DNA of 64,000 nucleotides, from positions 8,308,001-8,372,000 of the forward strand of contig OX597831.1 in the NCBI GenBank assembly GCA_951406725.2, in the 5' to 3' direction. The position numbers were made by a program, and so were the translations under genes. The DNA comes from Octopus vulgaris (Eukaryota). This document shows positions 21,748 to 32,858 of this stretch, piece after piece; the first letter of the stretch is position 1; each line of letters opens with the position of its first letter. The notes under the pieces are model-generated. The model worked only from the letters and a program-made list of their open reading frames with translations. It searched no databases and was not told the origin of the DNA.

Positions 21748-23421
21748 CTTGTTACGTGCCCACAGCACGGAGGCCAGTCGATGCGGTACTGGCTACGGCT
21801 ACGGCCACGTTCGGATGGTTTTCTTATGTGCCACGTGCCACCGGCACTGGTACCACAAAGATACAAATTCCATTGATGTTCATCTATTTTGATTTGTTTT
21901 GATTTGATTTTCACTTGCCTCAACAGGTCTTCACAAGTGTCACAAGAAGGAAGGTATGCACAGGTGGACTGACTACGTCCCAGGTAGGGGCCATGGGTTA
22001 TGGCCTGACTAGTCTTGCCGGGTCTTCGGATGGTGTTTTTATGTGCCACCGACACAGGTGCTAGATGAGGCTGGCGAACGGCCACGATCGGATGGTGTTT
22101 GTCATGTGCCCACCGCACTGACTACAGCACTGATGGATTTCTTGTGTGCCACAGGCACTGGTACCACAAGATACAAATTCCATTGATGTTCATCTATTTT
22201 GTCTATTTTGATTTGATTTGATTTTCACTTGCCTGACTTATTTTATATCTTTCTGGTTTAGAAGTTCACTTTGCAACCGTGTGATTTCAGGTTCAATCTT
22301 TCTGCATAAGATTCTGGAGTAAGCATCTTCTATTAAAGCTTTTTTGGCTTGACCAAGCTGAGTAAACGCTAAAGGAAGCCTGATGCACACACACGTGTGC
22401 ATATGTCTGTGTCTTTCCATTGAAACTATTTGACAGTGGTGGTGGTGTTTATCCTGCACAACCAACAAGTGCAGCAGCCCAGTGGTTTTGTCATGTGAAG
22501 ATGTGGAACGGAGTCGTTTACCTGTTAGGGTTAGGGCATCTGGCTGTAGAATACTGCTTCAATAAATCTAATAGAAACCATGCTGATATAACAATAATAA
22601 TGATGATGATAATGACTTAGCTTTAAAATGTTTGATTTTGATTTAAAAGTTTCTTAGTCAACTTCCATATTTACATCAAAGTCTCAGCTGTTAAATTTGT
22701 CATTATGCTGGCATGGGTCAGGCAGAATATATTGAGGCAGATTTTCTGCAGCTGGATGCTCTTCCTCTCACCAACCTTTACCTGTTTCAAAACAAGGGGA
22801 ATATTTCCCATGGCCAAATGTTCTTCATGGATGACTGGAAACAAACAGCATCGCATGTATGATGCTGATGCTTGTTTGCATGGATGCACACAAGCACAGC
22901 CACACACATGTGTGCACATATATGTTGGGCTTCTTTTAGTTTCCATCTACCAAATCCACTCACAGCGCTTTGGCCAGTTCAGGGCTATAGTAGTAGGCAT
23001 TTGCTCAAGGTGCCAAGCAGTGGGACTGAACCCAAAACCACATGGTTGGGAAGCAAGCTTGTTTATCACACAGCCACACCTACACCTAAATAAAAAAAAA
23101 GTAAGATATAGTGGAACCTTGGTTCACAAATCTAGTTTGTTCTTGAAGGCTGTTTGCAAACAAAAGAGAATGCATAGTGAATTCAAGCAGGGATGTGCAC
23201 TGAGTAAAAGCTTGACAGCAACTGACTTTCTCCTGCTGATACTCCCAGTTTGTTGTGAACCACTGTTACCTGCCTGCATGTTCATTATTGAATAAACTGT
23301 TCATCACCTGAGATGTTTTACGTTTGAAAAATTGTTCATAGGAGTCGTTTGCCATCTAAGGTTTCTTGTGTTGTTTTCAATATTGCAGCAGATTATTTAG
23401 ATGATAACAAATATGTTTCAG

Positions 23422-23626
23422 GTGAGAATATAAACATCTGCTGGTCACCAGATGGCAGCACTATCGCCGTCGGAAACAAAGAGGATCTCGTCACATTTAT
23501 CGATGCCCGTACACACCGCTCTCGAGCTGAAGAGCAATTCAAGTTTGAAGTGAATGAAATCTCGTGGAACAATGAAGGAGATTTATTCTTCTTAACCAGT
23601 GGTCAAGGAAGCATCCACATTCTCAG
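23422..23626 (+). CDS. THOC3: THOC3 coding exon 3
   Basis: Acceptor tttcag; GENINICWSPDGSTIAVGNKEDLVTFID...FKFEVNEISWNN...IHIL; donor GTAATC; 205 nt. Confidence 0.95.
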
Positions 23627-24155
23627 GTAATCATTGTTATTCTTTAAATATCTGCCCTGGTAGTTTTAAAGATGGAAGTTACAGGTGACTTGGTCAATAG
23701 GCTGTTGTTGTTTAGCTACAGTTCATCTTTTGACCATTTTTCAAAGGTGTTCCCACCATGACCATCTTGTCTTTTTACATAATAGACTACCTTGTCCAGT
23801 GTGTATTTCCAGTCTTCAGGATACTAGGGTATAATTTGCGAGAATTTGGAGTTAAGAAAATTCAATAAACTTCAGAAATCGAAATTATAGGAAATTTCTT
23901 AGAACCTTAAATTTATAAAAATATTTCCTGACGTTCAAGCTTTTTAATATTGCTTTCTTTTAGTAGTTTTAGCAATTGTTACATACCTAATGAATAAGCA
24001 GCTTTCTCTGTTTTAGTATAGATGTGGTGTAAACAATATCAAAAGCTCAGAATGTTACTGTTCCATGCTTGTGTAGAAAAGAGATGTTATTAAAAATCAA
24101 AGAATATTTTCAATTTCTTTATATGTGATGAATTGTTTTTCTTTTACTTTTTCAG

Positions 24156-24317
24156 CTATCCTGATTTAAAATTGCAGTATGTCTTAAACGCCCACCCAGC
24201 TAATTGTATTTGCATTGAGTTTGACCCCACGGGATCATATTTTGCTACTGGAAGTGCAGACGCTTTGGTTAGTCTTTGGGACGTTGACCAGTTAGTGTGT
24301 GTCCGAACATTTGCTAG
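24156..24317 (+). CDS. THOC3: THOC3 coding exon 4
   Basis: Acceptor tttttcag; YPDLK...AHPANCICIEFDPTGSYFATGSADALVSLWDVDQLVCVRTFA; donor GTGAGT; 162 nt. Confidence 0.95.
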
Positions 24318-25989
24318 GTGAGTGTCTATAAAAACCAACTTTAACTAATGTATTGTTCCCTCCACTCGGGGCAATACCAATTAAGGTTTTGAAAGTGTTA
24401 TTCATCATCATTTTAACGTCCAGTTTTCCATGTTTGCAAGGATATTGGACAGAGTTTGTTGTGGCAGATTTTCTACAGCCAGACACTCTTTCTGTTACCT
24501 TGCATCCAGCCATGGAAATCCTGCCTCAACAAATTCTATTTGACCCATGCCAGCATGGAAAAGTGGACATTGATCAATGATAATGATGTATTAATGAATT
24601 TTATGAATTTACTCAACTTGTCTGAACATACATTTCCAAGGTTTAACTGAAGGTGATTCTGATAACATAGTAAAAGATCGAGAATTATCTTCTGTAAAAT
24701 ATTGGATTATGTTTGCTTAATGGAATAATGATAATAACAATAATACAAATAATTACTAATTAATTCAGTAATGTAGTTGGACAATTATTGTTCTTAATTG
24801 TAGTTTTGAAATTAGATATTTCATAATTTAGAGTCATTGCAATGACATTAAAATGGTAAAATTGTCAACGAATTAGCATGAAATGAAATTCATTTTTTTG
24901 TTTCTAAGTTTTTATTTTTATAAGTAAAATTTCAAATTGAGTTTGTATTTCAAGGCACCAGTGCTAGTACCATATAAAAAGCACTGGTGCTGGGGTCACA
25001 TGAAAAGCTCCCAGTACACCCTATAAAGTGGTTGGCATTAAGAAAGGCATCCACCTGTAGAAACCATGCCAAAAAAACAAACAATTGGAGCCTGGTATGA
25101 CCCCCAACCATACCAGCTCCTGTCAAACTGTCCAGTCCAGCCAGCATGGAAAACGGACGTTAAATGATGATGATATCATGATATTCAGTTTTTTTTACTT
25201 CCCACCACCAATGCTGTGGTGGTGGTGGTGGTGGTTGTAGTAGTGACAATTGTCATTGTAATCTACTTCGGCATTGATTACTTCTGTCTTCTCACCTTCT
25301 GGGGTGGGGACTACAGATGTAATGGGTGCTACCTGGTCTCCTTTTCTAGTTATCTTTTCCTTCTTTTCATAGAATATTTCTTTCAACAAAGCAGACCGAA
25401 TCCCCTTTCATTCCTTTCTTGTCTATGTTACACTTTTGTTTTTTTCTTTCTTTAAATGGTTTTTGTCCATTAACGAGGGAAAGGCTGTACCCATGGCTAA
25501 CCCTTAAACTTTTGCCACATCAATTCACTTGATGTTCTATTGTTGATCCCTGACATTTATTTTACATGTGAAGGCATGTGGCTAAACGGTTCGGGTAGTC
25601 AGCTCAAGATGGTATGGTCATGAGTTCAGTACCTGGCAGGGTGTTATGCCCTTGAGCAAGATATATATTGACTCAGTTGGCAAAAATGAGTTGTACTTGC
25701 AATTAAAAGGACCAACCTTGCCACATGCTGTGTCCCACTGAATCTCCCTGGGAACTAATGTTATGAGTCTGCATGTCTGTGGAATACTCAGCTACTTGCA
25801 TGTTAATTTCATGAGCTGGCTTTTCTGTTGATCGGATCAACTGGAACCCTCATCGTCGTAACTGATGGAATGCCAGTTTCTTTCTATTTTTGCTTTTGTT
25901 ACATAAATTCTCTTATTGCTGACATGGAACTAACCATCATTTCTTTTGTTTTGCTTTTTTTTTTTTCTCTCTCTCTTTTTTTATCAAAG

Positions 25990-26090
25990 ACTTGACTGGC
26001 CTGTACGGACTCTGAGTTTTAGCTATGATGGTAAAATGTTAGCAACAGCTTCTGAAGACTTGGTTATTGATATTGCTGAAGTTGAAACCG
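25990..26090 (+). CDS. THOC3: THOC3 coding exon 5 (absent from the ORF track)
   Basis: Long pyrimidine tract plus aaag; hand translation LDWPVRTLSFSYDGKMLATASEDLVIDIAEVET; donor GTAAGT; 101 nt. Confidence 0.95.
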
Positions 26091-26818
26091 GTAAGTAACC
26101 TTATATCACATTACCTCTTTACATTACTGGAATGAAAACTAGTCATAGAATCGGCTCACTAACCATTTGTCAAACATTCTAGCTCTTTTGAGACCAATCT
26201 ACCTGAAGCTGCCCCTAAGTTCTATGATATAAAGCTTTTATTTCAAAGTGGCCTAAATTATCACTTTCAATCAAATTTCTATGTTAATTTATGGTTCAAA
26301 CACCAACTTAATAAATGAAAAAATTATTTTCTTAAATTCTTTGTTATTTTCAAAATTGATTGAAACAAAACCAGCATATTTCAAAAGACATACGGGTCAA
26401 AATACCTTTATCTTGCTTATGAACGAATCTCTGCAGTGTTGTTCTTGTTGCTAGAAATAGCAGTCAAATATGCCACTGATCACATTTCAAGATCTTAAAT
26501 GAAAAAGGTTACAATGGTCAACATAGTCCCTGATGTACAAAAAGACAAGATGGTCATGGTCGGCAGGCCTCTCATTGATCAGAACTGGATGACCTAGGAT
26601 TGAACGCTAACAATTTGCAATAATTAACGGTTTAATTTTGGACATGTGTCACATCCCTGTTGATTTCTTGCTAAGACGATCATCTCTCTTCCACATCTCT
26701 CATTGGTTTAGTACATTTATTAGCAAGCTTCCCAACCATACCTACACCTCTAAATAATAATTAATTATTAAAAACAAGGAAATCATTATTCATGTCTTTA
26801 CTTTTTTTTCTTTTGTAG

Positions 26819-26976
26819 GTCAAAAAGTAACTGAAATTCCTTGTGAAACGCCAACCTTTACAGTTGCATGGCACCCTAAACGGTATCTGTTAGCATTTGC
26901 TTGTGATGACAAACACGACAGAGGAGATCGAGATTCAGGCATGGTTAAAGTTTTTGGATTTCCAAATGATTCTTGA
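26819..26976 (+). CDS. THOC3: THOC3 coding exon 6 (terminal; absent from the ORF track)
   Basis: Acceptor ttttgtag; GQKVTEIPCETPTFTVAWHPKRYLLAFACDDKHDRGDRDSGMVKVFGFPNDS*. The six exons total 960 nt (319 aa plus stop). Confidence 0.95.
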
Positions 26977-28993
26977 TTAATTTCTTGGAGTTATCTTTAA
27001 TCCAGAGTTTAAAGACATTTTCTTCAGTGAACATTCATCATTATTTTAATTTAAATGCTTTCATTATGAAATTGTCCATTTTCAGGCAACGTGTTTACTG
27101 TGTCATGCAGCAACACAGGTTGCAAAACAAATAACATTGTTCCCATCAGAGAATAATTCATTCAATTCTTAAATATTTATTTTAAAACAGAAGCAGTATT
27201 AGTTTAAAATAGCAACCTGTGTATCTTACATAATGCATATACATCACAGAAAGCTTAGTTAACTGCATTATTTGTCTTGAGATAGCATTTCTTGCAGACA
27301 TACATTGTTTTGCTATCTTGAGATGAATACTGCAGTTAATTAAGCTTTCGTTGATGTATCTGCATTGAGTATCATACACAGATTGCTATTATTTTTAAAT
27401 ATTAATATTGCAATCAAATTGTTAAAATCTGTTTGATCCATGTAAGTATCTTCTTTGTGACCTCAATTCATAAAGGATAGGCTGTGTATACAAAGAAATT
27501 TTAAATTTTCAAGCCATATCATGAAAGTGCACAATGGGAAAAGCATTTAATAATCAAAAACAAAAAATGAAAAAAATGATTCGAACATAGCTTTATGCAG
27601 TAAAGGTTACCAGGGAATACCAGTAACTGAATCAAAAAACTCATCCAGTTTACTTGTGTTGAGAGCATAAAGGTCTCCAAGGTGCATGGAAGGCTGTCGT
27701 TTTGTATTCCAGTATGTCAGATGGTCTGGGCATAGAGAAATGGCTATGAAATGGCTGATGATGATTGTGAAGAAAAATCTTTGTTAAATCACATCAAAAT
27801 ATACATTAGTATGTTTTGATAAAGGAGACTGATCTAGTAATATCTTGATTAATACTACCACAATATGGGCCATGAGTGTCTTTAGTAGAGACTCTGGCCA
27901 GGTTTTTGATGTGAGAATAACTTCTTTTCCTCTCACCAGACTCTCAGTCCCTATAAATGGTCATGAAAGCCACCTGTCCTTGTCTGATGATGCCTTAACA
28001 ATAAATTTTAAAAAAAAACTTCTCAAATGAAACCATTTCCAAGATGATCCACTTATTCCTGTTCCTATGTATTTGTGAATTGGAGTACAGAAACATTATG
28101 TTAGGTCCTCTTTTTAAGGTGTATTGTTGCTGAAGGGTCGAACTGCTATTTGCCAAACGATGACAGGCTTTAGAATTGTGAGAATCTGATTTGTGTTGTG
28201 TGGTTCAGATAAGAAACACGTCTCTGTCAAGATACAACTCAGGTCTGTTTCTTGATGTCTCTCTCTAGGTCTGGCGATATCTTTGCATTGGAGGAGAAAA
28301 TTACTATATTTGAGTTCACTGTCTTTGCTCAACACAACACTGTACTTGTTGTAAAATATGAAATTAACACCAAATTGGGGTCACTAACTTTAATTCGACA
28401 GAGTTGGAGGTTGGTTACAACATAACCTATACAACAGTATTTGGGGTCCGTCCATAATGGAATATAGTTGGGATATAATCTAATCTTATTTTTGTTATAA
28501 ATAGCAATGGCTTACTGGTGCTGGACTGCTAAACATGTCAAGGGTTCAAATTTTGGTAGTCTTAAAGTTGTGATCCTTTGCAAGTTACATAACTCTGCAT
28601 GAGGAAATAATAAAAACTTTGAGAAAACAGTCTCCATTCTTTTATGGTTTGTAGTGGCATCCACTTGTAAAAAGAAAAGATTTTTATAATAAAAAGAGAA
28701 GATAAAATTATCTCACTGTTAATCATCATTATCGTCATCATTTAACGTCTGTTTTCCCTGCTGGCATGAGTTGAATGGCTTGACAGGGGCTGGAGAGCTG
28801 CCTGGGCTCCAGCTGTCTGTTTTGGCATGGTTTCTATGGCTGCATGCCCTATTAGGAATGGCATCCAGCTGTAGAGAAAAATATTTGGATGTAAAAAACT
28901 AAAAATTTCAGAGAATCCAAAATGGCCAAGTTCATAGGATGCTGGGGTTAATTAAGTGAATGGCTACTGGCTTGTATGTTGTCATCTACACTA

Positions 28994-30130
28994 TAAGAAG
29001 AGGTAGCCAAAAGTAAAGTTCTTTGTGGGACAAACCCATTGTAGTTCAGGCTTCTGTCACTAGAAGCTGCTTGATGTGATCCTCAGCCATCAGCCTGCCA
29101 ACTGGCATTGTCGTGTGAAGTTGTACTGCCATGTGATGCGTCCTTGTTTTCTCTCCTGTTCGTTGATTTTGGTGTTGGCTGAAACGAAGGAACAATATGC
29201 TTCCATGAAATTCTGTTTTCTGCTGGGGAAAATGGTGGCTGAGGCTGTTGCCATGATCAAAACACAAGTTTACGAGTGGTTTTCATGCTTTAGGAATGGT
29301 CACTTGTTACTTGGAGACCAACCTTGTTTAGGGTGACCGTTGACCTCACAAACAAATGAAAACATCATGAAAATTCATGAACTGGTCTTGGAGGACCATT
29401 GCCAAACAATTGACGGTGTGTCTTGGAGCTCCTCCCAACAAATTTTGATTGAGGAATTGCAAATGAGAAGAGTTGCAGCAAAATGTTGTGCCTCACTTGC
29501 TCACGGAAGATCAAAAGCAGTCACAACTGAATGTATATCATGAACTGAAAGAACAGTTGGAAGTTGAGCTGAATGTTCTTTGAAGGTCATCACTGGTGAC
29601 AAAAGCTGTTGCTATGGTTACAACCCAGAAACGAAGCAGCAGTCAAGTCAGTGGAAGCATTCAATGTCACCATGCCCTCAAAAAAAGCACGTCAAATGAA
29701 GTACAATGTCAAGACGATGCTGATTTGTTTCATGAATGTGAAAGGAATTGTCCACATTTGTTCTTCCTAATCAAATTGTTAACCAGACGTTTTACTTGGA
29801 AGTTCTGAAGCATTTGTGAGACGAAAACGTCCCAATCTGTGGCAAAAAGTGGAGACAGGTGGTTTCATCATGACAATGCACCTGAACACACTGCCTTGAG
29901 TGTGAGGCAGTTTCTGACCAAAAATGGCACGACCCTGTATACCTGCCCTCTCTATTCACCTGATCTTGCTCCCTGAGACTTTTTTTTTGTTCCCCTGAAT
30001 GGAAAAAGTCCTTAAAGTTAAACGTTTTGTACATGTGGATGATATGAAGAAAGAAAAAAAAACGATGGAGGCGCCAAAAGGCATCACTTTACAAGAGTTC
30101 CAGGACTGCTTCCAACAGAGGAAAACCAAT
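28994..30130 (+). mobile_element. Decayed mariner transposon (transposase pseudogene)
   Basis: Broken frames give MKFCFLLGK...QVYEWFSCF, ENIMKIHELV...QILIEELQMRRVAAK, ITGD...YGYNPETKQQSSQWK, HHDNAPEH and LYSPDLAP motifs. Confidence 0.85.
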
Positions 30131-30814
30131 GCCTTGTGGACCAATGCTAGTAGTTGCTGTTGTGATTGCAAGATCATGGTTTCAATTCTTGGACCAGGCA
30201 GTGAGTTGTGTTCTTGTGCAAAACATTTAATTTCATGTTGCTCTGCAATCACTTTGATGTCTGACATATGGCACACTGTGCCTCTGTAGAGGTAATGACA
30301 ATTTGATGGAGGGAGTGAAATGTGTACAACACAAACATTTGATCACTATAAACAAATCATCTGTGTGGCTGTTTGGCAAGAAATTGTGGAATTGTCTTTC
30401 TCAGACCTGAGAAACTACCAGGAAGATATGGCCGGATAAATTGCTCTAGAATATCATCATCGCCTAATGTCCACTTTCCATGCTAGCATGGGTTGGACAG
30501 TTCGACTGGGGTCTGGGAAGCCAGGAGGCTGCACCAGGTTCCAGTCTGATCTGGCAGTGTTTCTACAGCTGGATGCCCTTCCTAACACCAACCACTCCAT
30601 GACTGCAGTGGGTGCTTTTTACGTGCCACCGGCACAGGGATCACTTCAATTTCCATTTGATTTTGATGTACTTGACTCAATAGGTCTCCTCAAGCACGAC
30701 ATGTCACCCTACAATCCAAGGAACTTTTGAGTGGGCTGGTTATGCATCACTGGTGTAGGTTATAGCTGTGAACTCACTTTATTTGCCGGGTCTTCTCAGT
30801 CACAGCATATCTTC

Positions 30815-31455
30815 AGAGATATTGCCTCTGTGAGGCCCAACGATCGAAGGTCATGCTTCACCACCTCATCCCATGTCTTCCTGAGTCTCTCTCTACTCCG
30901 GATTCCTTCCACTCTTTGGGAGTGGCACTTCTTCACACAGATCTCCTCATCCATCTGTAGTTCATGACCATATCAACGTAAACATCTCTTGCATGCCACA
31001 TCTGATGCTTCTTATGTCCAACATTTTTCTCAGGGTGCTTACACTCTGTTGTGTGTGCACACTGACATTACACATCCAGCTGTTCATGCTAGCTTCATTT
31101 CTTTCAAGCCTATGCATGTCTTCAGCAGTCACACCCCATGTTTCACTGCCTTGAAGCATGGCAGTTGAGCGAGAGGCCCTTTGTCACCAGTAGGGGTAGG
31201 AGCTTTCTGAACATTGCCCAGTCTATTCTTATTCTAGTGGTAACACTCTTTGAGCATCCACCCCCACTACAGACTTGGTCACCTAGGTAGCGGAAGCTAT
31301 CAACTACTTCTAGTTTCTCCCCGTGGCATGTAATGGAATCTGTTTTCTGAGCATCTGTGGTGTTTATTGCCCCTGTGCATCTGCTGCACATGAAAGCTAT
31401 CTTCCCAGTTAATCTTCCTTTGATGTTGCTGCACCTCTTATGTGTCCATAGCTTA
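30815..31455 (-). mobile_element. RTE-clade LINE 3' fragment
   Basis: LEVVDSFRYLGD...RIRIDWAMFRKLLPLL and GSETW...LERNEASM..WMCNVS, typical of the RTE RT thumb region, with frameshifts. Confidence 0.85.
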
Positions 31456-32485
31456 CAAATATGAACAAGTATTCAATGCTTCTCCCTTCTCCTAATAATA
31501 GGTTATAGATCTTTCCATTCACGTTCTTTTTTTTTTTTATTCCACAGATCCATAATTAATTACCCCCATATCTCTACTTCTCTGTAGCTCTGAAAATCTT
31601 TTACATCCATACACTCATTCCTCTCTGTCTCCACCCATGCTCTTCTCTACCTCACTGTCTTGTCTACATATTTGAAATCCATTATTGTCCCCAGTTCTAG
31701 AGGAACAGTTTGGAAAAAATAAATGGGTGGCAAGCTGGCAGAATCGTTAGCATGCTGGGTGAAATGCTTAGTGGTGTTTCGTCCGTCTTCATGTTCTGAG
31801 TTCAAATTCTGCCGAGGTTGACTTTGCCTTTCAGGGTTCATAAAATAAGTACCAGTTGAGACCCTTCCCTTCAAAGCCAATAGTAGAGAGAATTATAATC
31901 ATGGTCACCATACTAACAAGGTATGGCCTGTTGGAGCTCCATGATTTTTGAGTCTTTTCCATCATTTTGGTCTATTTCCATCAAATAGCCCCAAAGCAGA
32001 CTGATTCAGAGACTTTGACAAAAAGAAAGATACCTTTCCCCTGCAAGACAGAGGTTTTAGTAAATAACCCAATGAAAGTATTCTAGAGAATCTTAGTCAA
32101 AAAGAAGGCTGGACAAACAGGCAATCTTGGAAGATCAGGGTGAATAACCTCTTGAATCGCTACACTTAGAGAACGCTGTGTAAATGTTTGAGGCCTGGGT
32201 TTAGTTTGAAAGCAAGGTCACTTGCTCAGTAGACTCAGGTTGCTTGATATGGATGTGGCATATAACTTCTGTTGGTTCACTGTAAAATAGTATGTTGGTG
32301 AGTTGTGAGTCAGGTATTCAAACAAGGTGGCCTGTCTTGCTGGCCTATGCTCTTCTCAATAATGTGTAAATGCTTGACAGGTCAGCTCTGGAGAGGACCT
32401 CCGTGCCTGGGACCTTGTCTTGCTGGGTGATTTTCAAGAGCTTTTGCAGGCATCACACGTGGGAGCAGTTTAGCTATTTGGTGTG

Positions 32486-32858
32486 GAGTTAGAAATTACC
32501 TCGTTTTCAGCTCTACAACAATGTCCAGCAAACTGGACTCTTCTACCTTTCACAAGAGATGATACAGGTGGTAATTTCCCATATATTTGTACTTTGGTTG
32601 GATGATGCTTCCACGAGAGGTTTTGAGCTCTCATAAGGAGGCGAGTGTAAGTTCCATCCAACTGCCTCTCAAGCTTCTACTCTGGAAGCCATCTGCTCGC
32701 GATACCAGAGGGTGCACACTCTTCTACCCTGATGTAATCTCCAGGGATACAGGCATCCAGCAACAGGATCTCCGTAATGGTATGATGGGCCGTGAAGTCT
32801 GGTGTAACATAGTAAATACCATTGTCTCGACCACGGTCGAACAACAATGATGATGATG
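32486..32858 (+). mobile_element. RTE-group LINE 3' end with an inverted 5' segment
   Basis: The minus strand (~32676-32491) gives KLERQLDGTYTRLL...FAGHCCRAENEVIS. The plus strand from ~32674 gives LLLWKPS...YPDVISRDTG...DL..MMGREVW, followed by a (TGA)n tail. Confidence 0.8.

Noticed and set aside
21366-22118. ORFs of 126-178 aa with repeated MCHRHRCQTRL/CATDTGARR
   Set aside because: They are translations of the 62-bp tandem units in a multi-copy retroposon, inside a THOC3 intron.
27500-28340. Possible extra gene downstream of THOC3
   Set aside because: Only short broken frames are present. DLSCILTETCFL resembles a LINE endonuclease motif, so this is more likely an ancient retroelement remnant, too decayed to annotate.
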